In this document: piece after piece, positions 27,803-38,459 of the stretch | Position numbering within the stretch: the stretch's first letter is position 1 | How the letters are laid out: every line of letters starts with the position of its first letter | IMG/VR virus record: IMGVR_UViG_3300013815_000001 | Origin: an uncultured virus (IMG/VR IMGVR_UViG_3300013815_000001) | Lineage: Duplodnaviria > Heunggongvirae > Uroviricota > Caudoviricetes | Length of the DNA: 64,000 bases | Direction: 5' to 3' (one strand) | The notes under the pieces: generated by a model | What the model was told of the DNA's origin: nothing | Seen by the model: the letters and a program-made list of their open reading frames with translations, nothing else | Databases searched by the model: none | Program-made: the position numbers and the translations under genes

Positions 27803-30800
27803 TAATTCCATTCCCCCAGAATAATACGCCCGCCATTCGCCAGATTTACCGTCACACCGTTACCGTTGATGACCACACCATTTCCGCTACCGGCCAGGGA
27901 GAATCTTCCCTCCGTTGCAATAATGGCCCCCCTCACCGTCACTTCATTAAACTCAGCGTTACCGGCTTTATTGATGATCCAGCCCGCTGAGCCCGCCACG
28001 TAGTTATTTGACTGAATGGACGCGCCGATTTTGGCGCTGGTAATCGTGCCGTTCTGGATAAAGGCCGAGTTCATAAACACCTGGCCGTTTACCACTGCAA
28101 ACGGTGAGTAACGGTTGTTTCCGCTACCGCTCATCACCACAAACTGATTCGCATTCACCGCAAAGCGGGTATCGACAGCGGTGCCGTTAATGGTGACCGC
28201 CACCGACAGCCCGGCGTCATAATACTGCCCCTTATACTGCACGCCGGTTTTCATGGTGTAGATGGCAGAGCCGCCGTTTGCATCAACATACGCATCCATT
28301 TTGCCTTCTACCGCGGCCGCCACATCCTCAAACCGCGCCACCACCGTGTCGTTTATCTCACTGATGGCCGATGTGTTATCCGCCGTGGCTTTCTCGAGAC
28401 GACTGGCGGTGGCGTTGAAATCGTCAAATTTCGCGTTCACCGTCGTTTCAAGCGCCGCGACGGACTTACCGGCATCGGCGGCCAGCGTCCGGGCCTCAAT
28501 GATGCCCGCGCGGTTATTGCCATAGAGCTTCCACTGCTGATTCACCGTGTCGTGGCCGCCCAGGGCATTCTGCAGAATGGCTTCGGGATCGAGGGTTATC
28601 TGGCTGAGCAGTGCCTCACCGTCTTCCTTCGTCATGAAGTCGCCGGCGATATCGCCCAGGTAATCCTCCGCGTTGTCGTTCGCCATGCCACGTACCCACG
28701 CCGTCCATGCCGACTGGTTCCCGATACGGTCAACCAGCCGCGCGCGGTACCAGAAGATTTGACCGGCGCGCAGACCGAGCTGCGTGTAGCGGCGCGCCGG
28801 ATAGGGCACATCGGAGAGCAGCAGCGCGTCGCTGCCGTCGGGCGCAGCGGCATACTGAATTTCGGTCATCAGCGTGTCGTCCGCGCCGTCCGGGAAAGTC
28901 CAGTCGAGCTGGATGCCCCAGTTGATCGCCGTGGTGCGGAAGTTCAGCGGCACCGGCGGCTGCCCCACCTTGCCGGTCAGCGTCACCTCGTCGCTGGTCT
29001 GCCAGACCGAGGCAACATCGCTGGCGTTCACGGCGCTGACGCGCGCCATATACCGCCCGGCATAGATACCCTGCACCTCAAAGCCGAGCGAGCTAGTGCG
29101 CGGTACATTCACCCAGTCACCGTTATCCTTGCGCCACTGGCATTCATACGCCACGGCACCGGGCGCGGCGGGCCAGGCGACACGCAGGGTTTCCACGCTG
29201 AGGCCCTGCACCACGCGGCTGTAACTGCTGAGCGTCACGGAGGCTGGCGGCACCTGCGCGCCGGGAGGAATGGCCGATACCGGTCGCTCATCAAGCCGGG
29301 CGCCGGAATCGATGGCGGCATACTTATCCGGGTCGTGCTGCACCGCGCTGATGGTCCATGTGCCGTCGTTGTTGTCTTCGACAGACGTGACCCGGTACTG
29401 CTGAATTGCCACATCCTGCGCATCAACTGACCAGATCGCCTCGCGCTCCGGCGTTTCGCTGAATACCGCAGACACAGTGACGTTGCGGCCGCTGACCGCC
29501 TGAAGGGTACGGGCCTGTGATTTGCCGGACGGCAGGTTGACGATAAGCCTGTCGCCCGCTTTTGCATCCGGCGCCCGGTCGAGCGTCAGCGCACGACCGT
29601 TCACCTGACTGATACGCCCGCCCATCACCCGCCCGGACAGATACTGATCCGCCACGCCGATGATATGGCCCGGCAGCGGGATCATGCCTTCGAGCCCGGT
29701 GGCGAAACTCACCATCCGGTCTTTAGCATTTGTCAGCAGCGCCCAGCGACCGCGGCGGTTGGCCTCGGTGCGCCGCGTGCAGCCGATGGCGGAGATCTGC
29801 GTCTGGCGCACGCCGTAGCGGCGCACCAGGTCAGGCTCCATTACTGCTTCCACTTCATCGGTGTAATGGTTCTCCGGGTTTGACCAGCTCACCATCGCCG
29901 TTGAATAACGGTTCTTCTCGCTGCCGCTGGCGTAGGAGAATTTGCCGTCGATGACGTTGGCGCGGGTGTAGACATACGTCATGTCGCGCGGCATGTCCGC
30001 GAGCGCGGAGAGCTGGTTACCGGCCCAGTAGGTCATGCCGCGAAAGATGCTCGCGAGGTCGCGCAGCACCGTAAACGCCTCGTTCTGACTCTGGATATAC
30101 ACGTCGCAGAGAAATCGCGGCTCGGTACCGCTGCCGCCGGTACCGTCCGGCACGGGCTGGTCGCAGTACTGCGCGATGCGGTAGAGCTCCCACTTGTCCA
30201 CCTGGGTCGCATCCAGCCGGTCACCGGTTCCGAAACGGTCGCTCAGCACCAGATCGTAAAAGACCCAGGCGGGGTTATTGCTCCAGGCCCATTTAAACGA
30301 GCCGTCCCAGGTGCCGGAATAGGTGCGGGTCACCGGATCGTAAGTGGTGGGCACACGGATTTGCCGCCCGCGGGCGCGGAGGCTAATCTGCGGGATATTG
30401 CTGAACTGCTTCGCGTTGAACGACACAAAGAGCAGCGCGGTGTTCGGGTAGCGCAGCTTTGCATCAATGATTTCCGAATACGCCTCGATATTGGTGGTGT
30501 CGACGATGCGGCTGGAGGTGCTGTCCACCGTCGTCCGCCGTACACGAAGCTGCCAGCCGGTCCGGGCGGGCGGGAGATCGATGCGGTGGCTGCGCTCATA
30601 CAGCGAGGTGGTCTTACCGTCGAACGCGCCGTTCAGCACCGTGACATATCCACCGCCGTCGGTGGACAGCTCAATTTTGTAGTCGACGCGGTAACCGACC
30701 ACATCCCCGTTGTCTTTCATGCGCTGCAGCGAAGGCACGCCGAGGCGAACCCGGACGGCAGAGAGCTGCGTGTTACTGATGGCGCGCGTCCACGGCTGTG

Positions 30801-31104
30801 TCGCTTTAAGCTGGGTGTTAATGGTGATTTCATTTTCCACCGACGGCACGCCGGGGATGTAAGTCTGCGCCTGGGTGCCCGACCGGAACTCCCATTTCAC
30901 ACCCGGAAAGTTAAGCGTGCCGTCAGCGCTGCGGATCGGGGTGCCGTCGAGGAAGATATCTTTATCCGTGAGGCCGCCGGCGAACTCCCCCTCGCCCAGC
31001 GCAAGCAGGATTTTGGCGGTCGCAATGGACTGGAGTGAATCAGGGGATTCATGCGGCGTGCGGGGTTTATCACCGCCACCCTTTTTACCGGTTATTTTTT
31101 CCAT
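27802..31104 (-). CDS. J: central tail fibre / host specificity protein J
   Basis: GKKGGG..P.E.PDSLQS, WSNNPAW, FN3-like repeats, C-terminal GQVFMNSAFIQNGTITSAKIG. Confidence 0.95.
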   Translation of the reverse strand: MEKITGKKGGGDKPRTPHESPDSLQSIATAKILLALGEGEFAGGLTDKDIFLDGTPIRSADGTLNFPGVKWEFRSGTQAQTYIPGVPSVENEITINTQLKATQPWTRAISNTQLSAVRVRLGVPSLQRMKDNGDVVGYRVDYKIELSTDGGGYVTVLNGAFDGKTTSLYERSHRIDLPPARTGWQLRVRRTTVDSTSSRIVDTTNIEAYSEIIDAKLRYPNTALLFVSFNAKQFSNIPQISLRARGRQIRVPTTYDPVTRTYSGTWDGSFKWAWSNNPAWVFYDLVLSDRFGTGDRLDATQVDKWELYRIAQYCDQPVPDGTGGSGTEPRFLCDVYIQSQNEAFTVLRDLASIFRGMTYWAGNQLSALADMPRDMTYVYTRANVIDGKFSYASGSEKNRYSTAMVSWSNPENHYTDEVEAVMEPDLVRRYGVRQTQISAIGCTRRTEANRRGRWALLTNAKDRMVSFATGLEGMIPLPGHIIGVADQYLSGRVMGGRISQVNGRALTLDRAPDAKAGDRLIVNLPSGKSQARTLQAVSGRNVTVSAVFSETPEREAIWSVDAQDVAIQQYRVTSVEDNNDGTWTISAVQHDPDKYAAIDSGARLDERPVSAIPPGAQVPPASVTLSSYSRVVQGLSVETLRVAWPAAPGAVAYECQWRKDNGDWVNVPRTSSLGFEVQGIYAGRYMARVSAVNASDVASVWQTSDEVTLTGKVGQPPVPLNFRTTAINWGIQLDWTFPDGADDTLMTEIQYAAAPDGSDALLLSDVPYPARRYTQLGLRAGQIFWYRARLVDRIGNQSAWTAWVRGMANDNAEDYLGDIAGDFMTKEDGEALLSQITLDPEAILQNALGGHDTVNQQWKLYGNNRAGIIEARTLAADAGKSVAALETTVNAKFDDFNATASRLEKATADNTSAISEINDTVVARFEDVAAAVEGKMDAYVDANGGSAIYTMKTGVQYKGQYYDAGLSVAVTINGTAVDTRFAVNANQFVVMSGSGNNRYSPFAVVNGQVFMNSAFIQNGTITSAKIGASIQSNNYVAGSAGWIINKAGNAEFNEVTVRGAIIATEGRFSLAGSGNGVVINGNGVTVNLANGGRIILGEWN

Positions 31105-31152
31105 ACTGCGCCCATAAAAAAACGCCCGCAGGCGCTGTTATCTGACTGATGC

Positions 31153-31749
31153 TCACTGGTCGTTGGTGTAGATACCGGCTGAGACAATCGCGCCGCCGAT
31201 TTCGCGCTCGCCATAAAGAAGCCCGACGGGATTGCCCATTGCCGTGGTATTCACCGGCCCGCCGAACGCATAGCTCGGCGCGTTATCGGGGTCCTGACGC
31301 GATGCCAGCCCGCCGGGCTGGGGTGACAGCATCTGCACCACGCCACCGGCCATTAAGCCAATCCCGGCCTGTAAGGCATACGGGCCCCACGTCGCCCCGC
31401 CCCACGCCTGGCCGATGGTCATGCCAATGGCACCGACCACCACCAGCACCGCGCCCAGTATTGTCTGCAGCACGCCCGCCCGCTTGCTGCCCGCAATCAC
31501 CGGCGCAATGCGGATATCCGCCTCGCCGCTGTTGTGCTTCAGCTCATCCTGGCCGATGTTCTTTTTCCCCCTGAACACGGCAAAGCGCAGGCCGCGCAGG
31601 TGCGCCGTCTGCATGTACTGCTCAAAGCCGGGGATAATGACTGACAGCGCGCGGCAGGCTTCCGCCGGGCTGGCTATCACCAGCCGGTGCTCGCGACCGA
31701 ACCGCGCACCCAGCGCGCCGTACAGCCGCACCGTTTTCAGTTGGTTCAT
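31153..31749 (-). CDS. I: tail assembly protein I
   Basis: VRLYGALGARFGR...SYAFGGPVNTTAMGNPVGLLYG. Confidence 0.92.
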   Translation of the reverse strand: MNQLKTVRLYGALGARFGREHRLVIASPAEACRALSVIIPGFEQYMQTAHLRGLRFAVFRGKKNIGQDELKHNSGEADIRIAPVIAGSKRAGVLQTILGAVLVVVGAIGMTIGQAWGGATWGPYALQAGIGLMAGGVVQMLSPQPGGLASRQDPDNAPSYAFGGPVNTTAMGNPVGLLYGEREIGGAIVSAGIYTNDQ

Positions 31750-32450
31750 GGCAGATCCTTGTGTCTGACAATTTTGATGGTGCGCTCGCGCAGGTAGCCC
31801 CCATACGGCGTGGTGCAGGAGAGCTGGCCGTAGAGGTGATGCAGCAGCTGGTTACCCTCCAGCAGAATACCGGCGTGATTCACCACCGGCGCGGACACCT
31901 GCATCAGCACCATGTCGCCGGGCCGCGGCTCTGTGACCTCGCGGAATCCCTCGGCATACCAGTTATCCATATAGAGATTTTCGCCCCGCTCCCACCACGG
32001 GTAATCCACGCTGTAGTTGCGAAGCGTCACGCCATGGCGGCGGTGCCAGTCCATCACCAGCGACCAGCAGTCGGCATAACCCAGTTCAAAGGCGCGCCCT
32101 TCCAGCGGCCGTTCGCCGCGGGGCGCGATGGTGCGCAGGTCGCCTTCCGGCCACGAGACGATTACCCAGGGGAGGCCGTGGGCGTCGCACTGCAACTGGT
32201 CGAGCTCGCTCGGCTGGGTGGTGGCGCCGTCGCCCGGGTGGGAATGCACAATGGCGGTGACGGTGCCCCAGTCTTCCGCCGCCGCGTAATCCTCCGGCGA
32301 CAGCTCAAACTGCTCCTCCGGCGCGCCGGTGATGTTCCGGCACGGGAAATACCGCTCGACACGGCTTTTCTGTGCCACCACGCCGCAGCACTCGCGCGGG
32401 TATTCCGCCTCTGCATGGGCCAGGATATCGGCAATGGTTTTATCGCGCAT
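31746..32450 (-). CDS. K: tail assembly protein K (JAB + NlpC/P60)
   Basis: ECCG, VHSHP, DCWSLV, NHAGI, LHHLYG. Confidence 0.93.
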   Translation of the reverse strand: MRDKTIADILAHAEAEYPRECCGVVAQKSRVERYFPCRNITGAPEEQFELSPEDYAAAEDWGTVTAIVHSHPGDGATTQPSELDQLQCDAHGLPWVIVSWPEGDLRTIAPRGERPLEGRAFELGYADCWSLVMDWHRRHGVTLRNYSVDYPWWERGENLYMDNWYAEGFREVTEPRPGDMVLMQVSAPVVNHAGILLEGNQLLHHLYGQLSCTTPYGGYLRERTIKIVRHKDLP

Positions 32451-32452
32451 GG

Positions 32453-33205
32453 TTACCTCCGGATCAGGCTGGCCCCCGGAAAGCCGCCGAAATCGAGCTG
32501 GGCATCCGGGCCAAAGCGTTTTTTACAGTCGGTCAGCAGGCCTGAGCATTTATCCTGTGCCGGGTCGGTTACCGGGTTGCCTTTCAGATCAAACATGCGC
32601 GGGCCGTTGTAGGTACAGCCGTCACCGCTGCGGTATTTGTTGCGGCAGGCCCAGGTGCAGACCGCCGTGATTTGGCGCGTCGGGATCAGCAGACCCTGCA
32701 GGTCCATCGGGCTGGAGAGGCGAAATTCCACCACCTCGTTGTCCTCTGCCGCCTTGCTGTCGATGTAAAATACCTGGCGGAAATACTGTCCCGGATCGGC
32801 GGACGGGTTGCCGTCCGGAAAGGTGCGCGCATCGAGATACTGGCCGAACGTATCCAGAATCGTGACCTTCGCCTGCACCATGTCATCAAAGCGCAGACAG
32901 AGCGCGGTCACCACGCCATCAAGGTTGGCGATGCGCAGCACCGGCTCCGCACTCTGGCCGTCACTCGACGACGCCAGCCCGGTAATTTCAAACGGCCAGG
33001 CACCGTATTCCTCGTCATCAAACCAGATGGATTTAGCGGCAAGCTTCGAGGTGTCACCGCCGCTTGCCGCGATTTCTTCCGGCGAGTGGGGAATGGTGCA
33101 GGCGTGAAAGCGCAGCACGCCCGCGCCGAACGCCGAGCCATCGACGGTCACCAGGCGGACACTGTCGCCGGGCTCAAGCTTCTGGACGTCATTACTGATT
33201 GCCAT
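32453..33205 (-). CDS. L: minor tail protein L
   Basis: IPTRQITAVCTW..YRSGDGCTY...DKCSGLLTDCKKRF..FGGFPG Fe-S cysteines. Confidence 0.93.
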   Translation of the reverse strand: MAISNDVQKLEPGDSVRLVTVDGSAFGAGVLRFHACTIPHSPEEIAASGGDTSKLAAKSIWFDDEEYGAWPFEITGLASSSDGQSAEPVLRIANLDGVVTALCLRFDDMVQAKVTILDTFGQYLDARTFPDGNPSADPGQYFRQVFYIDSKAAEDNEVVEFRLSSPMDLQGLLIPTRQITAVCTWACRNKYRSGDGCTYNGPRMFDLKGNPVTDPAQDKCSGLLTDCKKRFGPDAQLDFGGFPGASLIRR

Positions 33206-33211
33206 AAGTAC

Positions 33212-33550
33212 CTACGGAGCGAATGCCTGTGTGAAGGTTGCGGTGAGAGAGAAAATGCCACCGCCCGGCGCCGACGGGCGGTAGGCGTCACAGCGGTAAA
33301 GCCCCGCGCCTTTCAGCGGTGCCTGCCAGATGAATGAACGGCTGCCGCCATGCCTGTCCAGGAAATCCATAATCGCGGTGATGTAGCTTTCATCCCCGAC
33401 GAATTCCAGATCCCATTTCTGACCGCGGGCGTTGATGCCGTCTCCCGACGCCTGGGCATACCCGTCGCCGAACTGCGCGCGGCGGACGCGGTGAGTGACC
33501 TCGCCGCCGGCATTAATGCGCGGGCACCAGGTAAAGGTTTCGGTTGCCAT
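33212..33550 (-). CDS. M: minor tail protein M
   Basis: ETFTWCP...AQFGDGYAQ...FLDRHGGSRSFIW. Confidence 0.92.
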   Translation of the reverse strand: MATETFTWCPRINAGGEVTHRVRRAQFGDGYAQASGDGINARGQKWDLEFVGDESYITAIMDFLDRHGGSRSFIWQAPLKGAGLYRCDAYRPSAPGGGIFSLTATFTQAFAP

Positions 33551-33596
33551 GTTTCACCCATAAAAAAACCCGCCGTAGCGGGTGGTAAATTGATTT

Positions 33597-36023
33597 TTAG
33601 CGCTTGCCCTGTGTGGCATTCCACAACGGAGTGCCGGGCTTGCGCAGCTGCGAGTTGATGGTATCGAGAATGGCGCCGGTGAGCTGGTTAGCCACCGCGC
33701 CGGCGGCGTTAGTGTTGCCCTGCGCACCACCTGTGCCGCCTGTGAAATTAATAGCCCCGATGCTGACGCTGACGCCCGTGCCGCCCTGCGTGCCGTTGCC
33801 CAGCGCTTTTACGCCCAGCCTGCCGGTGGCGTCGCGGGTCAGCGGCATAATGGCTTCCGGTCCGGCCTCGCCCATCAGCCCAGCACCTTTGGCAAAGGCA
33901 AACATCGTGGGGCTACTAACTATGCTGCTGCTGAATTTACTCAGATCTGCAGATTCATAAACGCCGCCTTTGGCGTTAAGCTGAATGCCCGCAGCCGCAG
34001 AGTTATATGCACCAGAAGGCGTTGAACCAACTGCCGTAGACGCACCGAAGCTGAACAACGAACCGATAGCACTGACGCCGTTTACCAACGCCATATTTAA
34101 TGCAACCTTTTCGATCGTCTTCAGAACGCTTACACCCCAGTCTTTCCAACTGGCTTTATTATCGTTTAGCATATCGACAAGGTTATTTGTGATGCCGGAC
34201 AGGGCATTCTGAACACCACTGGCCGCCTGCTGCGAATAATTCGATGCATCATCAACCCAATTAGCCAGCCCGTCCCGCGCACCGCTCATCCAGTCGGCGT
34301 TCAATTGGTCAATTTGCTGATAATAATTTTGGTAATCCCCGAGGCGTTGTGACAGTGCTTTATCAAGCTCAGCATTATAACGGTCATAATCCGCCTCGCT
34401 TTTAATGTCTCCGCGCTGATATCTTTGCTGTAAATCGGAGCGCTTTTCATTGAACTCGCGCTCAATATCTAGCTGTTCACGCATCCGCTCACGAAATTTG
34501 TCACCCTGTCCAGCACCGATAATATCAGCGTTAAGAGAGGCTGAGGCGTTAGCATTTTCGCGCTGAAGGTTGGCGACATACTCAGCCAGTTTTAGATTTT
34601 CCTCGTTAGCCTTTTTGACAGCATTTAGGCGGTCAACTTCAGTAGCTAACTGCTCGAGCCGCTGTCGCTGCGTCTCATTTAGTCCTGAAAGTTTTCCATC
34701 AGCAATATCAAACTGAATTTTCTGCTGCTCGGCCACTTCAAAAGATTTTTTGCCGGTAGTATCAATCAGCGCTATTTGGCGAAGATAATTCTGCTCCGTC
34801 GCCTTGAAGGTATTTTCAAGTTTCTTGCCAGAATTGTCGGTTACAGGCTTGCCGTTGACTTCCCCTGAACCAAGTTTAAAGCCAGAACTGGCTGTGCCCA
34901 GCACACCAGCAGCGTTGACAGGTAGGGTTGTCTGAAAACCCTTCATATCGCCGAGCCGTTTACGTAATTCATCGAGCTCTTTTCGACGAGAGTCTGTATC
35001 CATTCCGATCCGGTTTATATCTGCAAGAACACCCTTATCGTTCAGATCCGCCTCAAGGTTCTTTATACGCCGGGATATTTCAACACGGGATGCATTGGTC
35101 GCAAGCTGCTGCCCACCTTGGAAATTTTCTACCAACCTGCCAAGTTCTGATGCTGCCTTGCCAAGCCAGCCCACAAGAGAAGCAACACCACCAACCAGAT
35201 CTGATAACCCCTGCAAGACTGCCGGATCGGTAAAAGTTTTTTTAAGATCATCAAGACCATTCTGGAGTGGCGATAGGTCAACCTTCGCCAGACCTGAAGC
35301 AATCTCAACCTTCAGGCCATTCGCCTGCGCCTCCATATCCTGAAATATTTGGCTTACTTTCAGTAAGTCATCAATGGATTTCGAATCTGGTGCAATCCCA
35401 TAATCTTTAGCGAGCTGAATAAATTGCGTTAATCTCTGGTTGTTATTATCAAAGAGAGGTAATAACTTCGATAAGTCGTTACCTAGACTTTCAAGAATAT
35501 TAGTCTTTTCAGCGTTTGTATTTATTTTCCCGAGTGCTTCACCAATAGCTAATAGCTGCTTATCAGGAGTAACTTTTGAGAGTTTTTCCGCAGAAAGACC
35601 TAATGCATTCAGAGCATCGACTGCTTCACCTGATTTATTCAGAACAGCATCGCCAATTTTGTCCCCGATATCTTTGAAAATATCTGCTATCTGATCTCCA
35701 GAAACGCCGGCCTTTTCTGCGGCGAACCGCCAGGCTATCAGTTCCTGAGTTGATAGGCGGAGAGACTTTGCCCAACGATCTATTTCTGTAATTTGCTCAG
35801 ATGTAGATTTGAGCAAAGCAATACCTGCAGAGGAAGCGGCAACTGCAGCACCGGTCGCCGCTGCGCCCATAGCAGCAATGGCAGCACCAGCGGCTTTAAC
35901 ATCCGACTCAACCTGTTTTCGCCATTTTGTTGAAGCGCGTTCGGCTTTGTCCATACCTGAGACAAAACCACCAACCTTGGCGATGAGGTCGATTGTCAAT
36001 GTGCCGAGTGATTTGCCAGCCAT
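33597..36023 (-). CDS. H: tape measure protein H
   Basis: 808 aa helical; LGTLTIDL N-terminus; NAKGGVY and GLMGEAGPEAIMPL C-terminal motifs. Confidence 0.93.
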   Translation of the reverse strand: MAGKSLGTLTIDLIAKVGGFVSGMDKAERASTKWRKQVESDVKAAGAAIAAMGAAATGAAVAASSAGIALLKSTSEQITEIDRWAKSLRLSTQELIAWRFAAEKAGVSGDQIADIFKDIGDKIGDAVLNKSGEAVDALNALGLSAEKLSKVTPDKQLLAIGEALGKINTNAEKTNILESLGNDLSKLLPLFDNNNQRLTQFIQLAKDYGIAPDSKSIDDLLKVSQIFQDMEAQANGLKVEIASGLAKVDLSPLQNGLDDLKKTFTDPAVLQGLSDLVGGVASLVGWLGKAASELGRLVENFQGGQQLATNASRVEISRRIKNLEADLNDKGVLADINRIGMDTDSRRKELDELRKRLGDMKGFQTTLPVNAAGVLGTASSGFKLGSGEVNGKPVTDNSGKKLENTFKATEQNYLRQIALIDTTGKKSFEVAEQQKIQFDIADGKLSGLNETQRQRLEQLATEVDRLNAVKKANEENLKLAEYVANLQRENANASASLNADIIGAGQGDKFRERMREQLDIEREFNEKRSDLQQRYQRGDIKSEADYDRYNAELDKALSQRLGDYQNYYQQIDQLNADWMSGARDGLANWVDDASNYSQQAASGVQNALSGITNNLVDMLNDNKASWKDWGVSVLKTIEKVALNMALVNGVSAIGSLFSFGASTAVGSTPSGAYNSAAAGIQLNAKGGVYESADLSKFSSSIVSSPTMFAFAKGAGLMGEAGPEAIMPLTRDATGRLGVKALGNGTQGGTGVSVSIGAINFTGGTGGAQGNTNAAGAVANQLTGAILDTINSQLRKPGTPLWNATQGKR

Positions 36024-36120
36024 ATAACATCCTAAAATAAAAACCCGCCGAAGCGGGTTATATTAAAATAACATGGTAAATTGCTAATTTATGCAAAAAA
36101 AAACCAACATAACAATTAAT

Positions 36121-36297
36121 TCAGCTCATTTTTGCTATGAAAAATATAGTAAATAAAACCCCTATTATAACTAACAATATCATCATGCATCCTGAAGGAC
36201 CTTTCACCCTTAATTTGAAAGGGGCGCCACACTTTGGACAAACATCAGCCTTGCTTGATACTTCCGCGCCACATTCTTTACATTTAATGAGTGCCAT
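36121..36297 (-). CDS. 58-aa zinc-ribbon membrane protein (moron; not in ORF track)
   Basis: GAGG RBS; MALIKCKECGAEVSSKADVCPKCGAPF...CMMILLVIIGVLFTIFFIAKMS. Confidence 0.75.
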   Translation of the reverse strand: MALIKCKECGAEVSSKADVCPKCGAPFKLRVKGPSGCMMILLVIIGVLFTIFFIAKMS

Positions 36298-36367
36298 TTC
36301 ACCTCCTCATTCAGATTTTGAGAGAATAACAGGGAATTGAACAATGGCAAAACACCAACCTGAATTA

Positions 36368-37011
36368 TCAATTCCAGGCATTCATAGCCTGCTCAAGGGA
36401 AATGGGTTGTTCACGAATATGCGGAGCAAAATCACATAGCCTGAAAGCTGGGTCATCTTTGTCACGATTTACGTTAGCCAGCACCGACGCCACCAGCGCG
36501 GCACCCCACTCTGTTCGCATCATCGGGTTCAGGCTTCCGTACTGGTTGCGGTATTTGACCCAGAGCTGAAACTCGCGGAAGCTGAGAGCTTCTTGCGCTT
36601 CGGCGATTGTCCTCCCACCGATGCCGTTGAGGACGAGTTCACACCAGATTTCGTCTTCTCCGGTAAGCTCGTCTTTCCCAGGTCGTTAACTTCCTGGATT
36701 GCCAGCAGTAGCGCGATAGTGAGCTGCCCGTCCAGCGCGCCCCGCTCGGGATCTGCTTCACCCGTGATATCGGCGGGGGTGAATACCGGCTTTCCTTCTT
36801 CGTCACAGATGGAAGCGGCAATTCGGCCAGCAACCCCGTCAATATGCCCCTGCGCCGCCATTACATCTGTCATGGCAGTGTAATAGCCCATCGGCCGAAT
36901 ATAGACTGTTGCGGTAAGCTCCTGGCCGCCCTGTTTCCAGGTAATTTCTTTTTCAACCGGGCGCCCGGTAAACGCGCCAGCTTGTTTTAGTGAGTCGAGG
37001 GTAAGTTTCAT
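36368..37011 (-). CDS. tail assembly chaperone G (37011-36529) and G-T -1 frameshift product (to 36368)
   Basis: GGGAAAG slippery site at 36673-36679; -1 frame open EIWCELVLNGIGGRTIAEAQ...AMNAWN*. Confidence 0.85.
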
Positions 37012-37059
37012 AGCTGTTCCCAATATTAGTGAAATATTACGGGGCCGCAGCCCCGCAAA

Positions 37060-37563
37060 TTAACTGCCTGCCTGCGCTTTTGGGATCCAGACGGCAGAGC
37101 CGGAACGCTGGATGGAGGCTGAAGTGGAAACGACGGTGTTAGCTGCGAAGTCGAAAGGGAAATCGGCTACGTACCCCTTAAATACGAACCAGGTACGGTC
37201 ATCCGGCAGTGCCAGACCGTCTACCGTTCCCGTTGCACCAGAGGCGGCCGCCGTTGGTACTGAGTCACCGTCAGACCAACCAATGGCGAAAGTCAGCGCC
37301 TGATCTTCTTCATCGTCAGAAATTGACAGGTTATAAAGCATGATGTGACTGGCGTTTTTGGGGTCAGCGTTTAGTGTCGCCGTTGCCTGGCCGGGCGTGC
37401 GTAAGCCGCGTTTGTAGGTGCGGTCAAACTTTTCAGAAAGACAGGTATCCTCGATCTGGTCGGCAGGGTTACTCCCCGGGGTAAAACTGGTGATGCATTC
37501 AATTTCGCTCACCGCGCCTTTAGCCAGCACGAAGAGCTGAGTGCCTTGTGTCAATACAGACAT
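37060..37563 (-). CDS. major tail tube protein
   Basis: [11 protein letters not shown]...DQIEDTCLS...GLRTPG...[12 protein letters not shown]; ends AQAGS. Confidence 0.9.
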   Translation of the reverse strand: MSVLTQGTQLFVLAKGAVSEIECITSFTPGSNPADQIEDTCLSEKFDRTYKRGLRTPGQATATLNADPKNASHIMLYNLSISDDEEDQALTFAIGWSDGDSVPTAAASGATGTVDGLALPDDRTWFVFKGYVADFPFDFAANTVVSTSASIQRSGSAVWIPKAQAGS

Positions 37564-37611
37564 GGGAATCTCCGGATATAAAAAAACCGGCTCAGGGCCG
37601 GTGCTTGTGGG

Positions 37612-37977
37612 TTATCGCCTGACTATCCAGTCAACATCGAAGGAGTAGCGGTAGCGCCTGGTTTCAGGGTCTTTTTCCTGTCCTCCCAGGCGCGTTATGT
37701 AAGCATGTGGCTCAATGGCGTCCCGCAGCGCGGCGGCCACGGCGATCACCTCATCCACCGTGTCGGCGTAGGCATCTACCTGCAGGGTGAACGAGTCGAC
37801 ATCGGGCCTTTGCTTGAGGTAATTCCCCGGCGAGCCGCTGACGTTCTGCCAGACAACGTAGGGGTAAACAACAGCATCATCCTGGCGGCCGAAGGGATAG
37901 AGGCGCACCGGGTCGGTTCCCAATAACGCCGTTACCGTCGGGCTGGCAGCGCAGACGGAAAAGATGGGCGCGATCAT
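37612..37977 (-). CDS. tail terminator (DUF3168-like)
   Basis: PYVVWQ, LQVDAYA, RYSFDVDW; position. Confidence 0.85.
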   Translation of the reverse strand: MIAPIFSVCAASPTVTALLGTDPVRLYPFGRQDDAVVYPYVVWQNVSGSPGNYLKQRPDVDSFTLQVDAYADTVDEVIAVAAALRDAIEPHAYITRLGGQEKDPETRRYRYSFDVDWIVRR

Positions 37978-38459
37978 GTTGGCACTCCTTTCTTTTGCGC
38001 GCGCTTAATGGCCCGGTCTATAGACTTTTCGTATTCGGTGGCGAACACGTTAACCACTTCGCCAACGCTGCTTTCCGCCGCCGGGCGCATGAAAGGCTGA
38101 GCGCGCATTTTCTCGGTACCGAACTCAACCAGGCGCCAGTGTGGGGTCGGCGCGTTCTCGCTGAAGTCAGGATGATTTTTCAGTACGGCGCCGTGCAGCA
38201 CCCCAATGCGAAAGCCCAGATTGCCGGTTGTTTTGAAAAGCCTGCCGTTCCAGCGCATCGCCACGTTCGCGGCGATGCTACGCCCGGTTTCAGGGTCGTC
38301 AATGCGGCTGGCGTTCTCTTTTGCCTTATCGACAATCACGTTGCCGGCGCGACGGAGCGCCGCCCGCCCGCCGCGCCGCCGCAGGTCATCATTAATACTG
38401 TCCAGCTTCCCCAGCAGCGAATCGATCCCGATTATGCTGAAATCAATGCCATCAGCCAT
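37974..38459 (-). CDS. HK97 gp10-like neck protein
   Basis: HWRLVEFGTEKMRAQPFMRPA. Confidence 0.9.
   Translation of the reverse strand: MADGIDFSIIGIDSLLGKLDSINDDLRRRGGRAALRRAGNVIVDKAKENASRIDDPETGRSIAANVAMRWNGRLFKTTGNLGFRIGVLHGAVLKNHPDFSENAPTPHWRLVEFGTEKMRAQPFMRPAAESSVGEVVNVFATEYEKSIDRAIKRAQKKGVPT

Noticed and set aside
34100..35800. AT-richer middle of the tape measure gene as an insertion
   Set aside because: Frame is continuous and helical; ordinary tape-measure mosaicism
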